From the NCBI RefSeq assembly GCF_963921235.1, contig NC_086124.1, forward strand, positions 27,838,001 through 27,902,000: 64,000 nt of DNA, given 5' to 3'. The notes under the pieces were generated by a model. The model was not told where the DNA came from, did no database searches, and saw only the letters and a list, made by a program, of their open reading frames with translations. Made by a program: the position numbers and the translations under genes. The stretch is from Mobula hypostoma. Lineage: Eukaryota. Positions within the stretch are counted from its first letter, which is position 1. The number at the start of each line of letters is the position of its first letter. Below are positions 1-12,839 of the stretch, one piece after another.

Positions 1-1160
1 AGCAAGGTATTTGATGAGGTTTGACCCCATGCAAGGCTTATTGAGAAAGTAAGGAGGCATGGGATCCAAGGGGACATTGCTTTGTGGATCCAGAACTGGC
101 TTGCCCATAGAAGGCGAAGAGTAGTTGTAGACGGGTCATATTCTGCATGGAGGCTGGTCACCAGCGGTGTGCCTCAGGGATCTGTTCTGGGACCCCTGCT
201 CTTCGTGAGTTTTACAAATGACCTGGATGAAGAAGTGGAGGGAATGGGTTAGTAAATTTGCTAATGACACAAAGATTAGGGGTGTTGTGAATAGTGTGGA
301 GGGCTGTCAAAAGTTACAGCGGGACATTGATAGGATGCAAAACTGGGCTGAGAAGTTGCAGATGGAGTTCAACCCAGATAAGTGTGAGGTGGTTCATTTT
401 GGTAGGCCAAATATGATGGCAGAATATCGTATTAATGATAAGACTCTTGGCAGTGTGGATGATCAGAGGGCTCTTGGGGACACTCAAAGCTGCTGCACAG
501 GTTGACTCTGTGGTTAAGAAAGCATACAGTGCATTGGCCTTTATCAATCATAGGACTGAGTTTAGGAGCCAAGAGGAAATGTTGCAGCTATATACTGTAG
601 GATCCTGGTCAGACTTGGAGTACTGTGCTCAGTTCTGGTCGCCTCACTGTAGGATGGATGTGGAAACCATAGAACGGGTGCAGAAGAGATTTACAAGGAT
701 GTTACCTGGATTGGGGAGCATGCTTTATGAGAATAGGTTGAGTGAACTCGGCCTTTTCTCCTTGGAGTGACGGAGGATGAGAGATGTCCTGATAGAGGTG
801 TATAAAATGATGAGAGGCATTGATTGTGTGGATAGTCAGAGGCCTTTTCCCAGGGCTGAAATGGCTAGCATGAGAGGGCACGGTTTTAAGGTGCTTGGAA
901 GTAGGTACAGAGGAGATGTCAGGGGTAGGTTTTTTATGCAGAGAGTAGTGAGTGCGTGGAATGGGCTGCCGGTGATGGTGGTGGAGACGGATACAATAGG
1001 GTCTTTTAAGAGATTCCTGGACAGGTACATGGAGCTCAGAAAAATAGAGGGCTATGTATAACCCTAGGTAACTTCTAAGGTAAGGACATGTTCGGCACAG
1101 CTTTGTGGGCCGACTGGCTTGTATTGTGCTGTAGGTTTCCTATGTTTCTATGGTTCTATT
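1..1160 (+). mobile_element. CR1 LINE 3' fragment (degenerate RT C-terminus and tail)
   Basis: KFANDTK, CEVVHFGR, LEYCAQFWSPH motifs over several frames; ttctatgtttctatg tail. Confidence 0.9.
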
Positions 1161-2811
1161 CTCCTTCACCTTGTCTTCTAGGGCAACTTCATGCCTTCTT
1201 TTAGCCCTCCTGATTAATTTCTTAAGTGTTCTCTTGCTTTTCTTATACCCCATAAGCACCTCATTTGTCCCAACCTGCCTATACCTGCCATGCACCTCCT
1301 TTTTCTCTTAACCAAGGCCTCATTATCTCTTGAAAACTAAGCTTCCCTCTACTTGTTACCTTTACCTTTTATTCTGACACATTCTCAAAACGCTTTGTAC
1401 TCTCAAAATTTCACTTGTGAAGGTCTTCCACTTACCAAGTGCACCTGTGCCAGAAAACAGTTTGTCCCAGTCCACTTCTGATACTATCAGAATTGGTCCT
1501 TCACCAATTTAGAATCTCAACCCGCAGACCAGACCTATCATTTTGCATATTTACTTTCAACCTAATTGGATTGTGATCACAAGATGCAAAGTGTTCACCT
1601 GCACCAGTGATTCCCAACGGGGAGGGGGATGTTATGTGATTTAAGAGGCCATTAGAGGAAATGGAAGTCAGCCGGGGGCATTCAAGATTCTTGGGGGTGG
1701 GGGGAGGACAGTAAGTGCAACCTAACTCGAGGCTCGAGACCTGACCAACCGTTAGTAGAGCAGGCACTTCCGAAAAAGAGGATGAGGCACTGGAACACAG
1801 GAAGAACCACAGCTCAGCAGGCAGTGAGCACCTGTCATCACAACATGTCAGAAATTCGACAGTCTCATCCGACCTTCCTAACCAAGCAGACATTATTGGG
1901 GATGCATAATTTAGCAACCAGGGTGTCCAACAGTTGCCCTTGACTCGTGACATGGAACGAGTTCATGCAATTTAACAGTTGATAAGTCAAGTACACCCTC
2001 TCAACTCTCTCTACAGATCTATGGAAAACAGGTTGCGCAACGATACAGCGCTGGCCGGAACCAAATGGTGCAATAGAGTCAATCAGTGAACCTGCCGACT
2101 CCCAGGATTCCTCTTGAGGTGTTCAAAGTGACCTCAGCTTCTTATGTGCGGTCAAGAACCATCTTTGGGGATTGTGAGACCTTACTTGATTGATCAATCA
2201 CTCCAGCTGGAATAGTATAAAGGTAGCTTGCCGAACACCAGCTCTGCCCCAACCAACATTCAGATTCCAATCTGAATCCTTGTCAATGTAATTTCCGCTG
2301 TTGTGATTGTCTTAATCTTCACCTGGCTGTTCCTTTGCGTGCCGCTACCATTGTTCCATCCGTGTCAGCTCGCTGTTGCTGCTGTTGTTAACATCTGATA
2401 GGCATTCCCAGTTTGTGTAAACGTTTTATTTTAATTTAGCCCCATTTACGATGGATAAATATATGCGGCGCTATCTCTATGAGTCTGAAGGTAGTGAAGC
2501 CTTGAATTCTAATCCTGCAGAGAAACAGAAATGACAAAGAGTGTGTCAATACAAAGTTACATACCTGGAGTATGGTTTTATTCCATTCCATCAGATCAGC
2601 GATGCCTCATGTCTCTTATTTATAATACTGTACTGTCTAATGAAGCATAAAACCATCAAGATTGCAGGAACACTTCAGTAAAAGACACCTGGAAAAAGCT
2701 ACTTATGGTATTACTCAGTTCCAGAAGATGAAAGACGCATTGGAAAAAGCATTGCACACTTGAGTCATTTGCCAAGAAAGCTAAAAATGACCATGCTAGT
2801 GGTCTCATTGC

Positions 2812-3861
2812 TTCAGAATGGCAGGCGGTGACTAGTGGGGTACCGCAAGGCTCAGTGCTGGGACCCCAGTTGTTTACAATATATATTAATGACTTGGATG
2901 AGGGAATTGAATGCAGCATCTCCAAGTTTGCGGATGACACGAAGCTGGGTGGCAGTGTTAGCTGTGAGGAGGATGCTAAGAGGATGCAGGGTGACTTGGA
3001 TAGGTTGGGTGAGTGGGCAAATTCATGGCAGATGCAATTTAATGTGGATAAATGTGAAGTTATCCACTTTGGTGGCAAAAATAGGAAAACAGATTATTAT
3101 CTGAATGGTGGCCGATTAGGAAAAGGGGAGGTGCAACGAGACCTGGGTGTCATTATACACCAGTCATTGAAAGTGGGCATGCAGGTACAGCAGGCGGTGA
3201 AAAAGGCGAATGGTATGCTGGCATTTATAGCGAGAGGATTTGAGTACAGGAGCAGGGAGGTACTACTGGAGTTGTACAAGGCCTTGGTGAGACCACACCT
3301 GGAGTATTGTGTGCAGTTTTGGTCCCCTAATCTGAGGAAAGACATCCTTGCCATAGAGGGAGTACAAAGAAGGTTCACCAGATTGATTCCTGGGATGGCA
3401 GGACTTTCATATGAAGAAAGACTGGATGAACTGGGCTTGTACTCGTTGGAATTTAGAAGATTGAGGGGGGATCTGATTGAAACTTATAAAATCCTAAAGG
3501 GATTGGACAGGCAAGATGCAGGAAGATTGTTCCCGATGTTGGGGAAGTCCAGAACAAGGGGCCACAGTTTGAGGATAGAGGGGAAGCCTTTTAGGACCGA
3601 GATTAGGAAAAACTTCTTCACACAGAGAGTGGTGAATCTGTGGAATTCTCTGCCACAGGAAACAGTTGAGGCCAGTTCATTGGCTATATTTAAGAGGGAG
3701 TTAGATATGGCCCTTGTGGCTACGGGGGTCGGGGGTATGGAGAGAAGGCAGGGGTGGGGTTCTGAGTTGGATGATCAGCCATGATCATAATAAATGGCGG
3801 TGCAGGCTCGAAGGGCCGAATGGCCTACTTCTGCACCTATTTTCTATGTTTCTATGTTTCT
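2812..3861 (+). mobile_element. Young 5'-truncated CR1 LINE (RT C-terminus)
   Basis: ORF 2828-3784 with [10 protein letters not shown] and KFADDTK; (tttctatg)n tail; nearly identical to 22346-23408. Confidence 0.95.
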
Positions 3862-4381
3862 GATAACATTTCCAAAATGATAGAAAAGTGTGGAAAATCA
3901 CATACAGTTTGTGAAAGATTAATAATACCTGCTGTATCAGAAATGCTCACCACTGTTCTCAAAGTGATGCCAGTATTTTAAAATCAATTCCTTTGAGTAA
4001 TAACTCTCCAGCTCATCATAGTGACGAAATGAGTGAAGACATTGAGTATCAGCTAGGCACAGAGCTACAAAAACAGAATTTGGGATACAACTGGATCAGT
4101 GAACTGTGCGAGACAACGAGGCATTGCTAATAGCATATGTACAGTTTATCAAAAATGGATAAGTTTATGAAGAGATTCTCTTCTTTAAAAAGTTAAAAAC
4201 AAATATCAATTGAGAATCAATCTATGAAGAGCTCAAAATGTATTTGAGAATAAAAATATCCTGATTAGGAATATGATTTCTTGTGCAACAGGCGGAACAC
4301 CATAAATGATGGGATGCCACGCTGGGTCAGTGGCATTTATGTAAAAAAAATCCATGTCTGTTTACAATCCACTGTCTAAAT

Positions 4382-5775
4382 TAATGGTCGCCAACCAGTC
4401 GATCACGATCGACCGGTCAATCTTTGAGACTTTCCCAGTGGATCCCAAACAAAAAAGAAAAATAAATACACAAATACTGTTGTAATGTGAGCATTATAAA
4501 AATAAGTAATACTAATTAGGATAATGGTAATATAGCAATGCTCCCACTACGGAAAGCTGTTTGTAAAGAGAGGTTGTTTCTGGGGTTGCGGGGTTTTACT
4601 TCCGTTCTTTCTGCCTGGTGCGCATCTCCGTTTGGTGTCTGAGTTGCGGCAAAGTGCGGCAACGATTTGTTGACTTGCTGCCTGAGATAAAGACTTTTCT
4701 GTCGACAAGAAACGAGGAGCACGAGGAACTGTCAGATGATGCATGGCTACTGGATTTAGGGTTTCTGACAGACCTAACGGCTAAATTAAATGCAGTTAAC
4801 AACATTAAGACCGACACCTGCCCCACATGATAAGCGCAGTAAATGCATTTAAGGCCAAGCTCGGTGTTTGTATTTCAAATTTAAAGAACGGGAGGCTGAC
4901 ACACTTTCCCAACTTGGAGAAAATGTTACAGGCCATCAAGGAAAAAAATGCTTTTCGCCCTGAGCAGTACTGTGCTTACCTAGACAAACTAGCAATAGAG
5001 TTCGATTGCTGTTTTGGGGAGTTAAACACCATGAAAGATATTGCTGCATTTATTTCAAACCTATTTCTGCCGATCGATATAGAACATATAGCAGCCAAAT
5101 TCCAGCTAGTATTTGGTGTGCCAAATGATATTGACATGGAAATAATTGATTTGCAAAATGACATCGAGCTTAAAGCAAAATCAAGGGACTGTGACTTTTG
5201 GGGGCTTGTCAGCAGGGAGAAGTTCCCTCATCTCACCACATGTGCACTAAAAGTCAGTGCCTACTTCAGGTCAATTTATCTGTGTGAATTTGCATTTTCA
5301 CAGATGAAAATTATTAAATCTAAGTACAGGAGCTGTCTTACTGACAGACACCTCACAGACTGTCTCAGACTGGCTGTCTGTAGTTATGAGCCAAAATTCA
5401 GGGAACTTGCAGAAAGTATTCAGCCCCAGTCATCACACTGAGTGCAACAGTCAATTTTTATTCATTTATTTTTCGTGTTGAAATAAAATTAAATAATGAA
5501 ACTTAGAATTAAAGGTATGAAGTATTGTAATATTCTTAAAGAAAGACAGCTATGGCCTATTTGATATGCTAGTTACCGTGTTTTCTTGGTTGAAATAATT
5601 TGAAAGTTTGACAAAAACATTTTACGTAATTCAAATACAATTAGCCCAAATAAAAGACCTCAAGTTGGAAGTACAATCTGAGCTGTTTTCTCTCTAAACG
5701 ATTTGGTAGGTATATCGTACCTTTCACTAAGGCCGAGGCAGGGGAACTTAGGCTTAAAAAGGTTGGCGACCACTA
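4382..5775 (+). mobile_element. Internally deleted hAT element (GTF2IRD2/SPIN-like transposase C-terminus)
   Basis: TIRs TAATGGTCGCCAACC / GGTTGGCGACCACTA; exact 8-bp TSD GTCTAAAT (4374-4381, 5776-5783); ORFs 4618-4830 and 4827-5441 with the hAT dimerisation region. Confidence 0.92.
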
Positions 5776-6829
5776 GTCTAAATCATTGTCAACATCTTGT
5801 AGCCAAAGACCTCAACCAGCGACTTTTTTCAAGCATGACTCTTGTAATATCTGCTAGCAACAAAATTGAAGTTCATCTTTTAAATAGCAGAATATTTTGC
5901 CAGTTATGCCAAGATAATGATGAAAAATTTAATTATTTCTTTACACTGAAGTGCATTGGCTGTCAAAGGTCTGTTACTTAAAATGTTTCTTTGATCTTTT
6001 TGCCAGTGTGGCTGAATTTTTGCTCAAAGTAGGCAAGAGCTTGGGGAGCAAGATTGAACCTCTGCATGGATATTTGGCATCCCTAGCCAATCTATATGGC
6101 GAAATGAACATTCTAAATATAAACAAGAATTTCAATTTAATCCAGGCAAAAAGTGCAGTGTCCACTTTTATCAGAAAGTTGGAAATATATGAGCTAAACA
6201 TTGGGAGAAAAATGTTCTCACAGTTTCCCTGCATGGAAAGTATGGCACTCCCTTTCACAAATGGTGATTTGCAAAAGTACTGCTTACATCTGCAGTCACA
6301 GAAGAAGGATTTTCCGAATCAATTTGAACGATCTGGAAATTCCAGACTGGGCATTTAACCCATTTCTTTGCAAGGTGGAAGAACAGCAAGAGAGCTCGCA
6401 AGAAGAAATGATCAAAAGTAAAGTAAAAGTAAAGCTCAGGACACTCAACCTTTCGATTTCTGACTTAGTCTGAGCTCTTACCAACATCTGTCTCAACAAT
6501 CTCTCCGTTAACTGTTCTGGCATTATAGTTGCCAATCCCCTGCAACTCTAATTTAAACCCCACCGTGAAGCACTAGCAAACCTTCCCAGTAGGATATTAA
6601 TCCCCTCCCCGTTCAGGTGTAAACCATCTCTTCTGTACAGATCCCACCTTCCCATCTCTTGCATTTCAGCCACTAAAGCTTGTAACTCCTCCAGAGTTGT
6701 CATAGATCTGTTGGTGGCCTCCCTCACTCGTCCCCTTCTTGCATGGTCATCCAAAAATCTTATGTGCTTCCTCCTATATTAGCTCATTAGCCACATGTTA
6801 AGCTGCATAAACTTCCTATTCACCCCCTT

Positions 6830-8100
6830 TAATATGACACACCAAATTATCACTGGTGCAGCCAATTAGTTTTAGAAAACAAGTCTGTTTTTGGAGACCT
6901 GTGTGCAGTCAGGGTGTTTGAATTGATAGCAGTAAAGATATACCTGTATCTGGAAGGCCCAACTGCTCGTGAGTCAGTGTCCAGGTAAAAACTACACCAT
7001 GAAACAAAAGAACTCTCCAAGCAACTCCGCCAAAAGCACAAGTCAGGAGATGGATACAAGAAAAATTTCAAGTTACTGAATATCCCTTGGAGTGTAGTTG
7101 TTGATGATCAAGAAATGGAGAGAATATGGCACAGCTGTAAATCTTCCCAGAGCAGGCCGTCCTCAAAAACTGAGTGACCGTGGAAGAAGGGGACCAGTGA
7201 GGGAGGCCGCCAAGAGATCTACGACAGCTCTGGAGGGGTTACAAGCTTTAGTGGCTGAGATGGGAGAGACTGCGCATACAACGACTGTTGCCCGGGTGCT
7301 TCACCAGTCACTGCTTTACGGGACAGCAGCAAAGAGAAATCCATTGTTGAAAAAAACTCACACGAAACCTTGGCTAGACCTTGCCAGAAGGCATGTGGGA
7401 GACTCTGAAGTCATCTGGAAGAAGGTTCTATGGTCTGATGAATCCAAAAGTGAGCTTTTTGGCCATCAGACTAAACACTGTGCTTGGCATAAGCCAAACA
7501 CTGAACATCCTCAAAAACACACCATCCCTCCTGTGAAACATGCTGTGGGAATGCTTCACGGCAGCAAGCCTTAGAAGGCTTGTGAAGGTAGAGGGTAAAA
7601 TGAACGCAGCAAAATACAGGGAAATCCTGGAGGAAAACCTGATGCATTCTGCAAGAGAACTGCGATCTGGGAGAAGATTTGTTTTCCAGCAAGACAATGA
7701 CTCCAAGCATAAAGCCGAAGCTACAGGGGAGTGGCTTAAGAACAACAAAGTTAATGTCCTGGAGTGGCCAAGTCAGAGTCCAGCCCTCAATCCAATCGAG
7801 AATTTGCGGCTGGGCTTGAAAAGAGCTGTGAGCAGTTTTGTAAAGAAGAATGAGGAAAATTTGCAGTATCCAGATGTGCAAAGCTGATAGAGACCTATCC
7901 ACACAGACTCAAGGCTGTAATTGCTGCCAAAGGTGCATCTACTAAATACTGACTTGAAGGAGGTGAATACTTATGCAATCAAGTATTTTGTGTTTTATAT
8001 TTGTAATTAATTTGGATCACTTTGTTGAGAGCCAAATTAAATCCACTGTGATTTAATAGAAAATGAAACTTCTGGGGTGGGGGGTGTGAATACTCTGTAT
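6830..8100 (+). mobile_element. Degenerate Tc1/mariner transposon
   Basis: ORFs 7098-7574 and 7540-7887: GRPQKLS, VLWSDESK, FQQDNDSKH, WPSQSPALNPIENL. Confidence 0.9.
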
Positions 8101-8104
8101 CTAT

Positions 8105-10913
8105 CAAGAATATCACTGGTAAAGAGCTCTTCTGTTCTTCAGGTGGATGTTTGAAAGCAAAGGACGGTACCATTATCATAGAAAAAGATGAGATTATGAA
8201 CAAATGGACTGAGTATATTCAGGAATTGTTTGAAAACAATAAGGAGAAATTAAGAAAAATATTGAAGGTCCAAGTATTTTAAAATCTGAAATTCGTAATG
8301 CAATAAATAAGATGAAGAAAGGAAAGGCAGCAGGTCCTGAGGAATTGAAAATTTTACTGATTTAATCAATTACATTTATGAGACTGGAATAATACCAGGA
8401 GAGATGAAAAAATCAGTATTTATCACTCTTCCTAAGAGAATGTGAATTACATAGGACTATAAGTTTAATGAGTCATATTACCAAGATACTTCGAAGAATT
8501 TTGATGACAAGAGCTAAAAATAAGATACAAGCTGAAATAGGCAAAGAACAATGTGGTTTTGTGAAAGACAAAGGTACAAGAAACGTAATATTGATGTTAC
8601 GGCTGCTATCTGTCATGGTCCGGTCCGTAAAGTCCGTATTCCGGTTCACGGTCCGGTCCATCGACCCTTGCTCCAGGTTTTCCTATCTACCCTGTTTCTG
8701 TTCTTGTTGAGCTAAGTGAGGCAGCTGATACTCATTGGGGCTGGATTGTTCTTGTCCTTACTCCTTGTATCCCTTCCTCTGCCTTCTGTTTCCTCGCCTG
8801 AAGCCCTGCCTTGTCTTGCCGGTAACTCTTGCCTCGCCTGAAGTTCTCGTCTTGCCCTGCTTTGCCAGTAGCCTTGCCTTGTCTTGCTGTTTGGTCCTGG
8901 AGCTACCCTGTACCTAGCTCCCTTCCTGTCCCTTGCCTCCGCCCAGGTAAGCCAGGCCGTCTTGCCGTTACCTGGGGTTGGTTCTGTCCCATCCTGTCCC
9001 TTGCCTCCGCCCAGATAAGCCAGGCCGTCTTGCCGTTACCTGGGGTTGGTTCTGTCCCTTCCTGTCCCTTGCCTCTGTCGGGTGGTGAACCACGCCCTGC
9101 CCAGGTGAACCGCGCCCTGCCCAGGAGCAGCCAAGCCTTGCCTCAAGTCTCACGTCTCCTGCCTCCTGCCAAGCCTTGCCTCAAGTCTCCTGCCTCATCT
9201 CAAGCCTCCAGCCTCCAGCCTCCTGCCAAGCCTCGCCTCAAGTCTCCTGCTTCCAGCCTCATCTCAAGCCTCCAGCCTCCTGCCAAGCCTTGCCTCGTTT
9301 CTTGCCTAGCCTCGAGCCTGAAGACTCCAGCCTCTAGCCTCTTGCCAAGCGAAGTCTCTAGCCTCTTGCCAAGCCAAGCCAAGTCTCTAGCCTCCAGCCT
9401 CTTGCCAAGCCAAGCCAAGTCTCTAGCCTCTAGCTTCAAGCCTGAAGACTCCAGCCTCCTGCCTCCTGCCAAACCTTGCCTCTAATCTCTAGCCTCAAGC
9501 GTGAAGACTCCAGCCTCGTCCTGCCTGTCTGCCAAGCCTCGTCCTTGCCTGGTTCTGGGGACCGAGCCAGAGGCAAGACCCAGGTACTGGGTCCTTGTCC
9601 AGTCTCTGGCTCGGAGTCCAAGCCCGAGCTCCTAGTTCCCTTGTTCAGTCCTGTTCCAGGTTCCTGGTTTTCCTGTCCATGTCCTTGCCATCGCCCTGTA
9701 TCCTAGTCCTGTCCCTAGTACTTCAGTGTCTGTGTCTTGCCCTTGGGTCCGTTCCCAGCCACCCGCCTTATGACACTATCAGAACGAGCTATTCAAGTGC
9801 AAAAAGATTTGTTTGTTTGTTTTATCGACTACACAAAAGCATTTGATAACGTAAAGTACGAGAAGTTACTTGCAATACTACAGAAAACTCTAAATCTAGA
9901 TTCGAAAGACCTCCGCCTAATCAGAAATCTGTACTGGGAATAAACTGCTGCTGTAAGAATAGATAGAGAAGTGAGTCAGTTTATGAAAAATCAAGAGAGG
10001 CGTTAGACGAGGGTGTGTTTTCTCCCCTGATTTATTTAATGTGTACAGTGAAACAATATTACAAAAAATAAGAGACATCTTGGGAATCAAAGTTGGCGGT
10101 GAAAACATCAATAATTTCAGATATGCAGATGACACTGTGTTAATTGCAAGTATGGAGGAAGAACTACAAAACTTAATTGATATAGTTGTTGAAGAAAGTG
10201 CAAAAATGGGTTTATCTATCAATTGCAAAAAGACATAACGTATGGTGATATCCAAAAAGGACAATCCTATCTGCAGGCTGAGTTTAAATGGGAAGACATA
10301 AAACAAGTAAAGGACTTTTGCTACTTAGGAAGCTGGGTGACATCAGATGGCAGGTGCGACATGGACATCAAAAGAAGAATAGGGATGGCAAAAGACACCT
10401 TTATGAGAACAAAGAGTACACTGACCAATACTAAACTAGGCATGACAACCAGCCTCAGAGTACTGAAATGTTACGTTTATCCAGTTATACTTTATACTTT
10501 ATGTTACATGGCTCAGAATGTTGGACAATATCTAGTAACACGAGGAAATGAATTGTAGCAGCACAGATGTGGTTTTTGAGGAGGAATAAGAATATCATGG
10601 ACAAAACGAATATCTAACGAGGATGTCATGAACAGAGCAAACACAAAAAGAGAAATAATGTATGAGATCATGAAAAGGCAACGTGACTTCATTGGACATG
10701 TGATTAGGAAAGAGGAGTTAGAATGCACGGTAATTATGGGAAAGATTGAAGGGAAGAAAGCAAGAGGAAGACAAAGACAAATGATGATGGAGAGAGCAGA
10801 CAGAGAATTGGAAATGAATATCAATGAATTGATCCACTTGACCCGAAACAGGAGTGTGTGGGCCATGGCAGTCAAAGCTCAAACTGGGCTCGGCACCTGA
10901 TGATGATGATGAT
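8105..10913 (+). mobile_element. RTE-clade LINE, 5'-truncated, split by a solo LTR
   Basis: [30 protein letters not shown] motifs; (GAT)n 3' tail near 10899-10913. Confidence 0.88.
8611..9775. mobile_element. Solo LTR with internal tandem repeats
   Basis: TGTCAT...ATGACA termini; 5-bp TSD CTATC (8606-8610, 9776-9780); removing it restores the RTE frame LMLRLLSERAIQVQKD. Confidence 0.85.
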
Positions 10914-11160
10914 CTATCAATATTATGTATCACTATGTACTGCTGCTACAAAACAACATTCATGACCTATGTCGGTGATACTAAACCTGATTCTGAAATA
11001 ATAGTACTGTCACTGGCTTGAATTTATAGTAAATGTATTTTTGTTAAAGAAAAAAGGGGATACTGTTCCCGGCACTTGTAGAATTGGTTGTAGTTCAAGG
11101 TTAAAATAACTTCCTCTGTTCAACATGAGCTTGTATTCAATCATCCAGTTAACCACTTAC

Positions 11161-11424
11161 AGTTCAGGGTCAGAACATTCTGGTAAACGCTCTCTGCAAT
11201 GAAAGGGACGAAGGCTTGGTATGGTTGACTTCAATGACAGCCCGGGGGTTGCCCAGGTCTCTGATGAAAGCTTCCAAAAGTGAAACGCTGGCCCCAAATT
11301 TCCTCACAGAGAAATCAACGTAAATGACATCTTTACCGTCGTAACCAAATCACAGGTCCGTTCTCGAGAACCACGGAGCTGTGCTGGAGTAGATTGTCCA
11401 GCTGATGTACATCCCAGATAAACA
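11161..11424 (-). pseudogene. Degenerate MHC beta1-domain exon (W-category WB-like), head-to-head with the alpha gene
   Basis: Minus strand: acceptor ctatccttctaattag|, donor T|GTAAGT, 264 nt, phase 1-1 at both ends. The middle reads DL*FGYDGKDVIYVDFSVRKFGASVSLLEAFIRDLG (YDGxD motif of class I alpha2 / WB beta1) in a different frame from the two ends, so two compensating frameshifts plus a TGA are needed. No frame is open across the exon. Confidence 0.7.
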
Positions 11425-12099
11425 CTAATTAGAAGGATAGTTTAAGAGTCATCTCAAAGCCATTCTGAGTTGGGAATGAGTTACTTAAGACAAGGTGATT
11501 TCTATCTCCTGAGTTGCAGACTGCATCCATCAGTTACAGGTTCAATCTCTTTCCTTTTATGTTAGACATCACAACATTAATGCCTCAACAAACTCTATAG
11601 AACCATACAGCATAGAAACAGCCCCTTCAGCCCAACTGGTGCATGCTGGCCAAGATTCACATCCAAACCAATACTACTTGTCCATATTTGGCACACATCA
11701 TTTACCCTGTTTGCACTCCCTGCCTTCCTCCCTTTTCCCTCTCCCCCACCTTGAAATCTTTCTTATCCATGTACCTTTCAAATGTTTCTCCCCCGCCTGC
11801 CTCAGTCAATTCCTCTCGTAGTTTGTCGTATATAGACACACATAGCTCTCCAACTGGGACAAGGCCTCTTCTCATTACAATCATCGGGATGAGGTTCAGG
11901 AGGCTGAGGAGCCAGCTGCTGCCATCAGATTTCGGAACAGTTCATGAATCCACAAACACTACTTCACTGTTCTTTTGCTTTTGCACTAATTTATGGTCTA
12001 TGCACTGTACTGCCGCTGTAAAACTACAAATGAACAGAATCAGGTTTATTTTCACCGGCGTCTATTAGCAGCAGCAATAACTGATTTTGGAGAAAAAAA

Positions 12100-12600
12100 A
12101 AGACAACCAAGTAAATCAATTACAGTATATTGAATGGATTAAAATATATTTTTAAAAAAGTGAGGTAGTGTTCATGTTTTCAATGTCCATTTAGGAATCT
12201 TATGGCAGTGTGGAAGAAGCTGTTCCTAAATCGCTGAGTGTGTGCCTTCAGGCTTCTGTACCTCCTTCCTGGCGGTAACAATGAGAAAAGATCATGCCCT
12301 GGGTGATGGGGGTCCTTAATAATGGACACTGCCTTTCTGAGGTACGACTCCTTGAGTACTATGGAGGCTAGCACCCAAGATGGAGCTGACTACTTTTACA
12401 AATTTCTGTAGCTTCCTTTGGTCCTGTACCTGCCCCCTACCATACCTGACAGTGATGCAGCCTGTCAGAATGCTCTCCACAGTACATCTACAGATATTTT
12501 TAGGTGTTTTAGGTGACAAACCAAATCTCTTCAAACTCCTAATGAAATATTGTCACTGTGTCGGCTTTTTTATAGCTGGATCAATATGTTGGAATCAGGT
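12100..12600 (-). mobile_element. Rex1/Babar-type LINE 3' fragment (similar pieces at 19205-19660, 46420-47560, 51860-52270)
   Basis: HHPGHDLFSLLPPGRRYRSL...RFRNSFF C-terminal motif; LFIDYSSGFNTIV RT motif in the 19.2 kb copy. Confidence 0.7.
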
Positions 12601-12839
12601 TAGGTCCTCAGAGATCTTGACACCCAGGACTTGAAATTGCTCACTCTCTCATTGTGTCCTAAACAAAACTCATAATTTAAACTGATTCTGATACTGACCA
12701 CCCTCTGGGTGAAAGAGTTGCTCCTCAGGCTCATAGTAAATCTCTCTCCTCTCATTTTAAACCTACATTCTAGTTCTCGATTCCCCATCGCTGGGGAAAA
12801 GACTGCACATTCACCCTACATATGCCGTTAATGATTTTG

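Larger units (their letters stand above)
1605..6420 (+). mobile_element. Old hAT (Charlie/Buster, SCAND3/ZBED8-like) transposon, interrupted by a CR1 and a second hAT
   Basis: TIR-like CAGTGATTCCCAAC at 1605. Transposase pieces at about 2450-2812, 3862-4381 and 5784-6420 (KCGKSHTVCERLIIPAV, IHCLNHCQHLVAK, EVHWLSK). The right end was not found. Confidence 0.75.

Noticed and set aside
8829-9485. 218-aa Pro/Ser/Ala-rich ORF
   Set aside because: Low-complexity interior of the solo LTR.
1-11100. beta2 Ig or TM exons of the left beta pseudogene
   Set aside because: No C1-set motif found by eye on the minus strand; the region is almost entirely TE.
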